The notes under the pieces: model-generated
Databases searched by the model: none
What the model saw: only the letters and a program-made list of their open reading frames with translations
Told to the model about the DNA's origin: nothing
Translations under genes and position numbers: made by a program
Source: Heptranchias perlo
Lineage: Eukaryota
DNA: 64,000 nucleotides
NCBI RefSeq assembly: GCF_035084215.1
Contig: NC_090367.1
Location: 1,922,001-1,986,000 of the forward strand
Direction: 5' to 3'
Shown: piece by piece, positions 26,865-38,324 of the stretch
Position numbering within the stretch: the first letter of the stretch is position 1
Layout of the letters: each line of letters starts with the position of its first letter

Positions 26865-27115
26865 TATTATTTATTGCTGGAATGGCAGTATTTATTGTCC
26901 GTCCCTAGTTGACCTGAGGACACTAAATGTTAAACACATAGTGTGGGACTAGAGTCCTTCGTAGGCCAGGCTGGGTCGGTGTGGCAATTCTCCTCTCAAG
27001 GATATTAGTGAATCAATTAGGTTTTTATAATAATCCAGCAGCTTTCATGTTAATTTTTGAATTCAATTTCACTCAACCTCCAGGTTGCTAGCACCATAAC
27101 ACTAGGCTACTGTAC
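26865..27115 (-). mobile_element. tRNA SINE sharing its tail with the 41-kb LINE
   Basis: Degenerate copy of 37300-37640. Confidence 0.6.
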
Positions 27116-28204
27116 CCGTACCTCTGGAATGGAATGAAGTTTATAAGTCACTTGCATTTGACATTCAAATTTACTAAAACTAACAAATTTCAAACTCAAG
27201 CATGTTCCTGTTGCTAAAACCATAGGAATCTTGTTCTCAGCCCCTGAGATAACGTTTCCAGGTCTTTTTCTATTATAGAATGTGCTGATTCCTCTTCAGC
27301 CTAAGAGTAAACATGTTTCCTTAGCAACTACACTGCTACCAGTGAATGGGAGATGTAAACCAGGCAATTAAAATAGTTTCTGTACTCAGAACCATAACAA
27401 CAGAACCAAACTTTAGCTGCTTGAAGACACCAAATTTGTTGCATTATCTTAATCCACTGCAAGGCTACATTGCTTTTATGCTTTATTCTAAACTTATAAT
27501 TTCCCTTTATTGCTGTTTATATTCCTGGCACAAACACAACACGCCATAGACCCACTAGATACATCCACCTGACTGAATCAGCATTACAACTCAACATCAT
27601 TCATTGCTCGTGGATATCGGTTAGGACAGCCCCTTGGATGTGGCTCCAGTACGCATCTCATGTATCCAGGTCAATTGGATGACATGGTCAAGAGATGAGC
27701 AGAAAATCTTTTGCACCTTTCCGAAAGAAGCAATTCCTGCTGATCCTGACACTTTCAGCCTGGTAAGTCAATTTGGTTCTGTGTAGTGTAACTAACAATG
27801 AGATCTGCAAATGTTAGACAGACCAGTGGCTACACAGACAGAAGGTGCTTTTACATTGCCATTTGTTTGGATCAGATTAAAGGAGTTGGTATCCACATGT
27901 CCGCTCCCACATTTTCACTGCTAAAACTAGCACCCTTCCTCTGGCAGCACAATTGTATGCTCGGTTTTTCATGGGTCTACGATTTTATGTTGAGGCTAAG
28001 AGATTGTTTTAGCAGTGTAAACATAGAGAGCCACTGTGTACAGATACAGTACCACTCCCTCACGATCCAAACAAGCAATGTCAAAGTGGCAGAGCAAGGC
28101 AGATGAAAGAAAGAACTTGCATTCATAGAATTCAAAAGAAACCATCAACTATTCCATATCTTAGGGACATCAAACATGGCTCCTACAGACCTAAACACGC
28201 AGGA

Positions 28205-28360
28205 ACGAGGTGGTTCAATTGGTTAGATACAGGCCTGTCACCTCTAGAACATGGTTTCAAATCCATACCAAACGGTTAGCATGAAAGTTGTGTCTGTCTA
28301 CTGACTTGAGTTCAATGTGAAATGACCTTGGGCTGTCTAATCCAATTCATTCACTAGACC
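28205..28360 (+). mobile_element. LF-SINE-like 5' half
   Basis: GCCTGTCACCTCTAG...TTCAAATCCA...TGAAAGT...TGTGAAATGA resembles the LF-SINE consensus (recalled). Confidence 0.55.
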
Positions 28361-28899
28361 AGCACTGCGCTACTATACGGCCATGCTGAGGTCTTTCAAC
28401 AAAGCTTGAAACATCACGCTGTACACACACACACACACACGTTATGTTTGTGATACTTGCCTTGAGCAGCAAATAGTTCTACAGAGTAACACTAAAAACA
28501 TTCTTGTATCAGTCACAGTAATTCTAACAATAGTTGATCTTGCTGTCCGAGAGTTCCAACTATCGAGATTTTAAATCAGTAGCAGAGCTAATTTTGATGG
28601 GGACCAAAATTCTCCTACTCCAAAGTCAAGGATCTAATCACCTGTAAAGTCATGATTAGCAATGGTTCAACAAGCCTCACATTCAGAAGGAATGGAAAAG
28701 ATCAACTCAAATTTAGATATGAATTGTCAAAGATTAACCAGCATTAATCTAAAGAAAATAGAAATAGGAAAAATTGATTTATAACAGATACAAATCTAAA
28801 GACAAGACCAGCAGCTTTCCTTTAAATATATAGTTATTTTGGGTCAGAAACAAGACAGCAGGAAAAAAAAATGGTCTCTCTTTTCTTAACAGGTTCATA

Positions 28900-29450
28900 C
28901 AAAAGTAACTATTTTGCTGGTGTTGTTAAATCCATCAGGTTATCTCATGCAATCACTGCAGTCTGATATCCATTACTACATCCAGCACCAACAGTGCTTC
29001 AAGGCCGTACCATATCTCAGGATTGTAAAGACATTGCTGAACAAAGCTGGAACTTTCCTCTTGCCATCTGTGATGTCAACAAACGATTGCTTTGTAACAC
29101 AATGGCACTTTGTGGCACAATTCTGTACTCACCAACATGTACATAGTACTTTACTCTGACCCTCAGACCAGGTGGATTGTCCAGACCATTACATCAATAA
29201 GTAACGACAACTCAGACATAGCTGCACGACTTTTTAAATATAATGTCAATTTAATAATCCCACTGATGTTCTTCATCAGCAAATCTGATCCCTGGAGCAT
29301 GAAAAGCTATAACAATGCTCAAAATGAACTCTCTACCAGTTGAAGTGATCTGGGGGACTAGTGAACATGTGCTTCCTATCTTGAGCAAGTACACACAGGA
29401 CACTTTCTACTGAAAGTCTTCAAACAAATCCTGGTGTACAGACACATACA
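28900..29450 (-). mobile_element. Ancient RTE-like LINE relic
   Basis: Minus-strand fragments IRFADE and WYGLEA. Confidence 0.4.
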
Positions 29451-29498
29451 GTAGACTGGTGATTTGACAGCTTGAAAACCTTTCTATGGAACAGGAGT

Positions 29499-29521
29499 GG
29501 GGGGGGGGGGGGGGGGGGGGG
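29499..29521 (+). repeat. (G)23 homopolymer
   Basis: Direct reading. Confidence 0.9.
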
Positions 29522-30133
29522 AAAAAGTAATTGGGGCTGTATCTAGTTAAATCGACATTCAATTGAAGTAACCAGGCGCACTGTAAAAGTTTGTTGTAGT
29601 ATGGTTTTCAGTGCATGCAATGGATGAACTTTGAATATCCTCCCCTCCCAAAGATCTCCAATTTAGCCATCGGACAGTGTCCTTTGGCTGTCAAGATGAG
29701 ATGGAATGAGTTAGATTGTGGAACTCTGATCAGTAAGCATGAAATGCAGACCAAAGAATTATATACAAATATACTTGTCCAACTCACTTTAAAAAACTGG
29801 ATCACAACCACTTTGACATGCAAAAAAAAGTATCAGGGATGGCAAAAGCAGGGAATGGAATACATCCCACTTTTACAACCAGCACTATCAAACTGTTCCC
29901 CACCCCCCACTAACACACGGCACAAGTTAGATGAGAGATAAAGCTCTCTCTACTCTCCCAACGTGCCTCAACTCAAACCTCAAAAGCACCATCCACTGCA
30001 CCCATGAATTTTCTAATGCCCGCATCAGCCATCCTGAAGACAGTTTTAATGCCAATTTTATGCAGTGCATCTGCAACAGTGAACCGTCTGTGGAGCGAAA
30101 TTTTAAAATGGCTCCCAAAGTTTAAAGACAGCG

Positions 30134-30625
30134 GGGCGATTTTAACCCTACCCAATCGACGTGGGTGGGCTGTTAAAATGGCCCAGGTTACTTACCTGCT
30201 CTGAAGCTGCCCGAGCTGATTGTTCCCAATTTTAACGTGCTCAACAGAGCAAGCAACAAGGACACCTGCCCAAAGCGGCAGGGTCCCTCAGTTTAACATA
30301 TTCATGGCGGGTTCTGATGATGTCGCAGTAGCTTTCTCGCCAGGTGAAGACACCGGGGAAAAGGATCCGGGTCAGCAGAGGCACAAACAGTTACGGTTTT
30401 TAAACTTTAAAAAAAATTCCTCGTGGTGCGATGCTGTCAGTGGGTGGCCTCCAAGCCACGCGATTTTCTGCTGCTTCCTGCCCAGAACAGGTGGGAGGTC
30501 AGCCAGCAGGATTTAAATAAGGCTCAGAAGTTAAAATACCCCAGGCCTTATTTCTGGAGCAGCAGGTAAGTTTCTAACTTACACTGTTATTCACCTGCCC
30601 AAAACAGGCCCGGTATTAAAATCAG
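30134..30625. mobile_element. MITE-like non-autonomous DNA element
   Basis: GGGGCGATTTTAAC ... TTAAAATC termini; internal ACTTACCTGCT/AGCAGGTAAGT inverted pair. Confidence 0.55.
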
Positions 30626-32797
30626 ACAGTGTTATTTTACCTCATTTCTCTCTCTCTCTTCTCCATAACTCTCCCCACAGGTTAATTAATACCAATTACA
30701 GGTACACCACAATGGAGGCCTTTTGAAAAATGAAAACTGTTACCACGAATGGTAAAATCAATTGTAGATCAGTACAATATACAGTGCTACCCAATAAGAA
30801 CTTGAATTGTACATTTGGAAGGGAAACTTTCTTTGTTCTTAGATAAAATCCCCACAGATCACATGTGTAGTTAGGTTGCAATTAGAATTTACTGTTTCAT
30901 TTACAAAACCCTAAACTGGAGATCAGTTTAGGAAGTCTCCAAACAAAATGGTTGGAGAATCCAGAAACAGTGCTCAACTCCTGATAACTGTAGAATTGAT
31001 CAAGTAGGGAATGATGCATGGGGCCTAAAAGGACATGGCAAATGATCTCAAATATTTAATATATAAAATGAATGTAGAGAGTACTCAACCTCCAACAAGC
31101 CTTCAGGTGTAGCAGCCCACATGGCTGCGTACCATTCTCATTCACACCAAGAAGTTCTCAGCAGGATATCAACACACTGTACAATCAACAACCCTTCCCC
31201 ATCAAGTCATGCCTCTTGGAAGCACACTAGTAAAGATCCCTTAACAGCTGCCATATGAGTCTTCTTGGTGTGTGCACATGCCGAATGAGGGGAAGAATAA
31301 CAACTGTTACGGCTTGCATCCCCCACTATAAAGGACGATTGGAGATGGGAAAAGTTGGTAAATTGGACACACTGAGCTAGTTCTATGTCAGAAATGGAAC
31401 AAGTGACAAGAGATACCAGCCCAAAAGCAGTAACAACCTTGTATGTGGCTAATTTCTCCTTGACCACCTGTTAGCTTAGTAATACACATGCACTAATTAT
31501 TTATTTTTTTTGTTTCCATGGTGGGAGAAGAAGCTACATCTGGGCACACAGGAACTATCTTGAATAGCAACAAGGTCATACAAAACAATGAGTGTGCAAG
31601 AGGTACAAAATTACCATGAAACAAACTACCCATTAAAGATTTGCTGATTACAAGATGTTATTTAAGAGAATGAGATTAAGTCACAAATAGGACCTTGAAA
31701 ATATTGGTGCAGCATGCTAGAAGAGTTTTTTCAGACATGGAGGGAACTGCAACTTGGGGAGAGGGGCACACACTCATTCCTGGAGGCTTTCTGGCTACGA
31801 TTACGATAAGAGTGGATCCAACCGAGGACAATCTCACTCAGCTGGACAATGGAGGAGTCTGAATTTCAGCTTCTGTCACTTTTAATAAGTCTGTTTTCCA
31901 ATGGAGAACCCTAGCAACGAGAAATCTCGATTTGGTGAGACTCTGTTACAAGTTGAAAATTGACAGTTTCTGTAGTTACAACTTTGCAAAAGGTGGGGTG
32001 GGGGGGGGGGGGAGGGAACAGGGGGGGGGTGGGGAAGTAAATCAATTTGAACCAAAGATACTCCCCCATGACTTTCCTTTCCCTCTAAGCCAACAGTGAG
32101 ACTATAAATAGACTATCAGTGACGATTGTTGGGACTACTGATGAAGGATTGCCACTCCAAACGTTAGCCTATCTTTCTGTACTTCTATTTTTTTGAACTA
32201 CAGTCACCAGAACCAATTCTAAAAACACAAAGAAAATACCCACAGTATTCACAAGCATTTATAAAGCTGTCAGACGTAAAACCATAATGGGAGGGCAAGG
32301 AATTAAGGTAATTTATTACATTTTAAATCCATGATAATGTTCAAACCAAAGAGGTCACAAAGCAAAGAGATTACTAAAGTCCCCAATTTTCCTAAAGACA
32401 ATACTCAAGATGTCAACAGCAGCCTAGGTCACTATTGTGTAAACCAATCCCAATATTTAATTTTGTTTTTTTAAAAAAAATTGAGAGAAAAATATACATT
32501 TTACTTCTAGTTTCCCAAAAGAAAATCTGTTATCTGAAGAATTGAAACCAACAATGTTAAAAGTTAAATCGACTTAAGTGAAGGTGATTTTCCTTCTTTG
32601 TGTAGTTAGTTTACAAAGATTTTACAGTAGATAATTTAATTCCTTAATATGGTTTAGCTCCACCCAAACCCTTTACATATTATTATTAAAAAAAAATAAC
32701 ACCTACCTCCTCACAATATTTTCCCTACACTTTTTATCTACTCTATGTTCACTGTTAGTTGATTATAGAGGCGATGTTAATGTTTTAATTAGCTCAC

Positions 32798-32812
32798 CTT
32801 TGCCTGATCCAT
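32798..32812 (-). CDS. STIP1: STIP1 exon 1 coding part (MDQAK)
   Basis: Minus strand reads ATG GAT CAG GCA AAG|GTGAGC at the edge of a CpG-rich promoter; joins in frame to exon 2 (VNELKEK); human N-terminus is MEQVNELKEK. Confidence 0.85.
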
Positions 32813-33280
32813 TAACAGCTCGACCGTCTCACCGATTTACCATGCGCCTTCTCGAACTTACCAGAACTCGCACCAGAATCCCGCCCTCACCCACTCTCAT
32901 TGGCCGGACCTTTCGACACCTCCCTTCTGATTAGTCCGCTCATCAATCAATCACAGCTGGCGCCGGCCGGAAGGGGATGCGCGCGAGTGTGTGTAAAAAA
33001 AACCCGCCTACCAAAGGCGCTCATTGGTCGCTCGGATACATGCGGGTGGGGGGAAACCGCGTGGTTGTCAATCAAGAGACAACAACCAATCGCAAAAATA
33101 CATCCCGCCTCCGTTCTGTGACGGTTGAAGTAATCAACGGCGGTCCATCCCTCTCTGTGACGTAAGCAGCGTCCAGCGTAAGACCCTACCCTCCGCGTCA
33201 AACTACGCATGTGCCACGCCTGCCGCCTTCTCATTGGTTCCGCAGGCCATCAATCAAATAGGAACGCACGTCAGAATTTT
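32813..33280 (-). promoter_or_regulatory. STIP1 CpG-rich promoter/5'UTR
   Basis: CpG retention; GC box CCGCCC ~32881; CCAAT boxes (~32899, ~33023, ~33086, ~33233); CRE-like TGACGTAA ~33158. Confidence 0.8.
32848..32867. promoter_or_regulatory. Heat shock element (HSF site)
   Basis: cTTCt cGAAc tTACc aGAAc: four alternating nGAAn pentamers with one mismatch, 36 nt upstream of the ATG of a heat-inducible co-chaperone. Confidence 0.75.
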
Positions 33281-33499
33281 GACAGCTTTCTCCAAGAGTT
33301 AGATTGTGATTTAAACAAGGAACATTCTGGATCATAGCCATGGGGTGCTTCATATTTTGAAATTTGCACGAACTGTGCACCTCCCTGGATATCTAACTTT
33401 GTAAATTTAAAAATGCATGCAAAAATCAGAACTTTGGACATTTTATTAGGTTTCAGTTAACCTCAGGCTCCAAACTTGAAGAAAGAATTTGCAGTTACA

Positions 33500-33710
33500 T
33501 GGGCCTTTCCAATCCTCACAGCCAATGAAGTACTCCTTGTAAAGTAAACAACTGTGACTACAATGTAATGTCCCACAAACAGCAACGAGATAGATCTATG
33601 ACCAAATAATCTGTTTTATTGATTGAGGGATAAATGTTAGCCAGGACATCGGTAGTACTCCCCTGCTCCTTTTCAAAGAGTGTCGTGGGATCATTTACAT
33701 CTGCCAAGAT
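33500..33710 (-). mobile_element. Deu-SINE fragment
   Basis: Reverse complement of the 5310-5540 core. Confidence 0.6.
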
Positions 33711-33734
33711 CATGCTGCACAAGTTGACGTACAG

Positions 33735-34165
33735 AAATCTTTGAAGGTGGCAGGACAAGTTGAGAAGGCTGTTAAAAAAGCATACGGGACCCTTGGCTTT
33801 ATAAACAGAGGCATAGAGTACACAAGCACAAGCCTTTATAAATCACTGGTTAGGCCCCAGCTGGAGTATTGTGTCCGATTCTGGGCACCACACTTTAGGA
33901 AGGATGTCAAGGCCTTAGAGAGGGTGCAGAGGAGGTTTACTAGAATGGTACCAGGGATGCGGGACTTCAGTTAAATGGAGAAACTAGAGAAGCTGGGGTT
34001 GTTCTCTTTAGAACAGAGAAGGTTAAGGGGAGATTTAATAGAGGTGTTCAAAATCATGAAGGGTTTTGATAGAGTAAATAAGGAGAAACTGTTTCCAGTG
34101 GCAGAAGGATCGGTAACCAGAGGGCACAGATTGAAGGTAATTGGCAAAAGAACCAGAGAGGAGAT
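33735..34165 (+). mobile_element. CR1 ORF2 3' fragment
   Basis: LYKSLVRPQLEYCVRFWAPH...RRLRGDLIEVFK. Confidence 0.9.
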
Positions 34166-34760
34166 GACATCTGCTAATGCTCTGTAACCACTCACTCGGA
34201 GGTGAACAAGATTAGCTTGGGATGACTCTGCGTTTGACTTTGTTCTGTGTTTTTAATGGGTTTTTTTCTGTGGGGAAATGCCTACCTCCATTCAGCTTGT
34301 GGTTGAGAACACACTATGTGTGGAATCATGAGTGTACTTTATTCTGTGGTGCAGAATATATTTGAATACCTAAATGCAAATCCTCATCTCACTTAAAATA
34401 CATCATAAACACAGAAATGCAAGAAATATAAAAAGCCAAATAACCTTCAACTATGCTTTTTCAATACTTGCTATGTCTAGCTTGCTATCTCTTATTTTTC
34501 TTGTAACTACAAGCTCTCTTCAATATTGAGTTACTCTTCAGTGATATTTTGTGCCTGTGGGAAGGAACTATATGCAGATCTTCAGACACCGATTGAAATA
34601 TAGTCTCTCACCCAAAAAGCTGTTGAGGCTGGGGGATCAATTGAAAATTTCAAAACTGAGATTGATAGATTTTTGTTAGACAAGGGTATTAAAGGTTATG
34701 GAACCAAGACAATTAGATGGAGTTAAGATACAGATCAGCCATCAACTAATTGAATGATTT

Positions 34761-35090
34761 ACAGGCTCGATGGGCTGAATGGCCTCTTCCTGTTCCTATG
34801 CAACAGGCGCAAGGGGCTGAACGACCTCTTCCTGTTCCTGTGTAACAGGTCGAGGGGCTGAACAGCCTCCTGTTCCTATGTAACAGGCTCGAGGGGCTGA
34901 ATGGTCTCCTCCTGTTCCTATGTAACAGGCTCAAAGGACTGAATGGCCTCTTCCTGTTCCTGTGTAACAGACTCGAGGGGCTGAATGGCCTCCTCCTGTT
35001 CCTATGTAACAGGCTCCAGGGGCTGAATGGCTTCCTCCTGTTCCTATGTCACAGGCTCAACGGGCTGAATGGCCTCCTCCTGTTCCTTCC
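34761..35090 (+). repeat. Minisatellite, 8 units of ~42 bp, derived from a CR1 3' terminus
   Basis: Unit ACAGGCTCGAGGGGCTGAATGGCCTCCTCCTGTTCCTATGTA; preceded by CR1 3'UTR 34600-34760. Confidence 0.92.
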
Positions 35091-35129
35091 TAGAACAGAC
35101 AAGCAGGAAGAGAAAACTACAAATCCTAG

Positions 35130-35306
35130 AAGCCCTTGCGCTGGGCATCCGCCTCCCCTGATCTCTGATTGGCCTCCATTGCCCCGCGTCACGTACCCGG
35201 AAGAATTTCGCGGGCGTTGCGTGCACACGGCGAAGAAAGTTTTTAAAAAAAACTCAATTAAAAATTTTTATTTTAAAAACTCTTTTCCTCGACCCCCGCC
35301 GCACAA
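35130..35306 (+). promoter_or_regulatory. MACROD1 CpG-island promoter/5'UTR
   Basis: CpG-rich; CCGCCT, CTGATTGG (CCAAT box), GCGTCACGT, CCGGAAG (ETS); continues into CpG-dense exon 1. Confidence 0.7.
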
Positions 35307-35619
35307 ATGTTGCTTCAAAGCAAACCGATGGAGAAACTTTTCGCTTTGAGAAGCCGGAGTTGGAGTGCTGTTTGGAACGGGCGGCCGTTGGTGGTGTCGG
35401 CGCGCGCCCGCCGGCCGACAAGTTCAAACGCGTTCCAATCCCAACCGTCCCGCGGCTCGGCGCCCGCGCGCTCGCTGTTGTCCGTCGGCCGCCGCCGCCG
35501 CCGCCACTCGCTGCCGTCGAGCGGGGCCCCGGCTTGTGGCCTCTCGACGTCCTTCGCCAGCATGACATCCAAGGAGTTTAACCCCACTTACCCCACCACC
35601 GACTGGAAGGTGGCGAAAA
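35307..35619 (+). CDS. MACROD1: MACROD1 exon 1 (mitochondrial presequence-like N-terminus)
   Basis: MLLQSKP..., Arg/Ser/Ala-rich and acid-poor, ending MTSKEFNPTYPTTDWKVAK (human MSLQS...STSTDWKEAK); donor A|GTAAGT; head-to-head with STIP1 as in human. Confidence 0.88.
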
Positions 35620-35819
35620 GTAAGTTTCGTTTTCAGCCCCCTCCCCACACACACACACACAACTCCCTCCTTCTCCACCATCACCTCAAATGGAAGGGGA
35701 AAAACCAATCTTCTTGGAATCTAGAGATTAAAAAAACATATTTTAAAAAATTCATCTAACATTGCAATAGATTCTTCCTCAGAAATAAATGTTACTTCCC
35801 AATGTCACAAATATAACTC

Positions 35820-36075
35820 ACTTAACATAGTAAAATGTCCCAAGGCGCTTCACAGGAGTGTAAATCAGACAAAATTTGACCCCGAGCCACATAAAGCGAT
35901 ATTAAGACATGTGTGACCAAAAGCTCCAGCCAAAGAGGTAGGTTTTAAGGAGCATCTTAAAGGAGGAGAGATAGGAGGAGAGTTTTGGGAGGGAATCCCA
36001 GAGCTTAGGGCTTAGATGGTTGAAGGCACGGCCGCCAATGGTGGAGTGAAGAAAGTGGGGGATGCACTAGAGGCC
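35820..36075 (-). mobile_element. L2-type LINE 3' fragment
   Basis: Matches 860-1110 and 23570-23820. Confidence 0.8.
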
Positions 36076-36339
36076 ATGATTATTGGTCATCATTTTCTAC
36101 CAACATTTCCCATTCAGTTTCACTATTTAACCTATCGCCATCTGGTTACAGGCTTAAGCTAATAGATAGTTCTGTGGAACCAGTCTCTGAAGTCTTCCAT
36201 TGCCTTTTAAAAATAAACTTGTATTCATCAACTAACTGGGCAATGTCATGGACTATTTACTAGTTTACAGTAAAATATCAAAGCCTAACTGGAACTATTC
36301 CTGCAGTTGCAAAACCACTAAGTTTGGTACCAGCAACAA

Positions 36340-36500
36340 GGTGGAAGCAGATTTAATAATTTTCAAAAGGGAATTGATAAATACTTGAAGGGGGGGAAAG
36401 AGCAGGGGAGCGGGACTAATGGGATAGCTCTTTCAAAGAGCCGGCACAGGCACGATGGGCCGAATGTCTGCCTTCTGTGCAGTATCATTCTATGATTCTA
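36340..36500 (+). mobile_element. CR1 3' end
   Basis: Ends CATTCTATGATTCTA. Confidence 0.8.
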
Positions 36501-37299
36501 ATAGACTTTGATTGAATACCCTCCTCACCCTTCACTCTCAACCCGTTAACCTCCTCCTTCCTTCCTATTTGTTTCTCTCAGAAACTTTTTAAAGTTTAAG
36601 GCAGTCAAAATTAAATCTGCAACAGGCGGGTAAGTAGAAAACTGTCACTTTGTCTCACTCCCTCCCCCCCCCCCCCCTCACATAGCCACACACACACAGT
36701 ATCTGCATTTAAAAAGAAACTACAAATATCATCTCAGTAAAGCTTTCTAAATTTGTTATCTTGTTCTTTAAAATGATTGGAAGAAAAGTTACTGAATAGA
36801 TAGTGCTAGAAGTTTAAGAAAAATATTCCATCAGTACAGTTGTCTGGTATTGAGCATCCTGGGAAATTGCATCCTGCACATGCTCAGACTACAATATCCA
36901 AATCATTATAAGTCACATCACTGGGCAAAAGTATCATGCACGTGCCAAGGCTTTTGGGAGAGACTGAAACCTTCAAGTAAAAACTTTAATGAAAACATTA
37001 AAGAAAATGGATACATTTTTTCATGATATTGTGAAATATATAATTTGTTTGATCCCTAGACTACACTGAGTTAACTGTAATGTCAGCCAAGACAAAGATT
37101 AGGCATGCTACATGTGGCTACAGTGCCCTGGGTTAGGGAAGTAAAATTGGCCAGGGTTCCCGCTGCTGATAGCTGTCCGGCAACCGTTGCTGAAAGTACA
37201 CATGTGTAGGCATTGGATGAGGGCAGGATTCGGCTCAACTACGATGCCCTCATTGTATATTAGCACTCCCTGTTGAGACTTACACATGATTATAAAGGG

Positions 37300-37640
37300 T
37301 ACAGCAGTGTAGTGTTTATGTTATTGGACTAATAATCCAGAGTGTGAGTTCAAATCTCATCATAGCAGTTTGAGAATTTTAATTCAGTTTAAAAAAAGTG
37401 TACATGAAGCTATCGGTTTGTCGTAAAAACCCAACTGGTTCACTAAATGTTCTTTAGGGAAGGAAACCTGCTGTCCTTACCCGATCTGGCCTATATGTAA
37501 CTCTAGTCCCACACCAACGTGGTTGACTCCTAACTGCCCTCTGAAGTGGCCTATCAAACCACTTGGTTGTATCACCACCTTTTCAGGGCAATAAATGCCG
37601 GCCTTTCCAGCGATCCCACCTCCCGAGAAGGAATTTAAAA
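37300..37640 (+). mobile_element. tRNA-headed SINE with body and tail shared with the 41-44 kb LINE
   Basis: B-box GAGTTCAAATC; body CTTTAGGGAAGGAAACCTGC; tail GGGCAATAAATGCCGGCC. Confidence 0.75.
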
Positions 37641-38222
37641 AAAAATAATGCCCACTTGAATGAGGTACTGGAAAGCAGCTGCCATCTGTGGAACTGGATT
37701 GCTAGCAAGGGAGTCAAACTGTAGGAAGAGGAAAAAAAACTGAAGAGGGAATAAAAGAGTGGATGCAGTATTTGACAGAGGTCATGGATATGTGCCCACA
37801 ACTTCTGTTAGCTAGAGTTTAGGGTATGTAGAATAAGAGGTGTAGCTCAGGAATATTTAATAGTTTTTGAAAAGTACCTATGATTTCAGTTTGCTAAATT
37901 GTAACTTGTGTGCTAGGGAGTGCTTACATCTTCATACAAATTGTTCACTGGTGCATTGTGCTCAGGAGCAGTAGGATGTTTACCCAAGATATACCCCTGT
38001 GAATTTGTGATCTTGACCAGACTGACTGGAGTCAAAATGCTTCTGCAGAGAGAAAGAATTGTCAAAGATCAGTAAAGCCTTGGAATAGGTTGACTGGTTG
38101 TTTATTGTTGGGGGAAGGATGTGTGGCAATGGTAAGAGGATCTACAGTGGCATGGAAAATCCCTTGGGGAAAAACGGGGATAAAAATACAGAACCTTTTT
38201 GTTTGTCTTTTTTCTAATAAAG

Positions 38223-38324
38223 AGCATCTAGAGGAAATTGATCAAACAGAGAAACGAATATACTACAAAGCTGAAAGGTTTGTTACCCTTGATGAGATTC
38301 AAACATGGAAAGACTTTGCTGAAG
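38223..38324 (+). CDS. MACROD1: MACROD1 exon 2
   Basis: KHLEEIDQTEKRIYYKAERFVTLDEIQTWKDFAE (human FLKGLSDKQREEHYFCKDFVRLKKIPTWKEMAK); phase 1-1, 102 nt, GTGAGT donor. Confidence 0.9.

Noticed and set aside
31993-32035. G-rich tracts (also 6288, 9068, 29499) as functional G-quadruplexes
   Set aside because: Simple homopolymers, frequent in this window and error-prone; no independent support
32138-32168. Hammerhead ribozyme-like CTGATGA...TCCAAACGTT
   Set aside because: The conserved GAAA lacks its G; probably a dead Penelope-type relic
34761-35090. CRISPR-like array
   Set aside because: Head-to-tail units with no unique spacers, matching a CR1 3' end; eukaryotic context
35254-35708. Several overlapping ORFs at the CpG island
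   Set aside because: By-products of GC-rich MACROD1 exon 1
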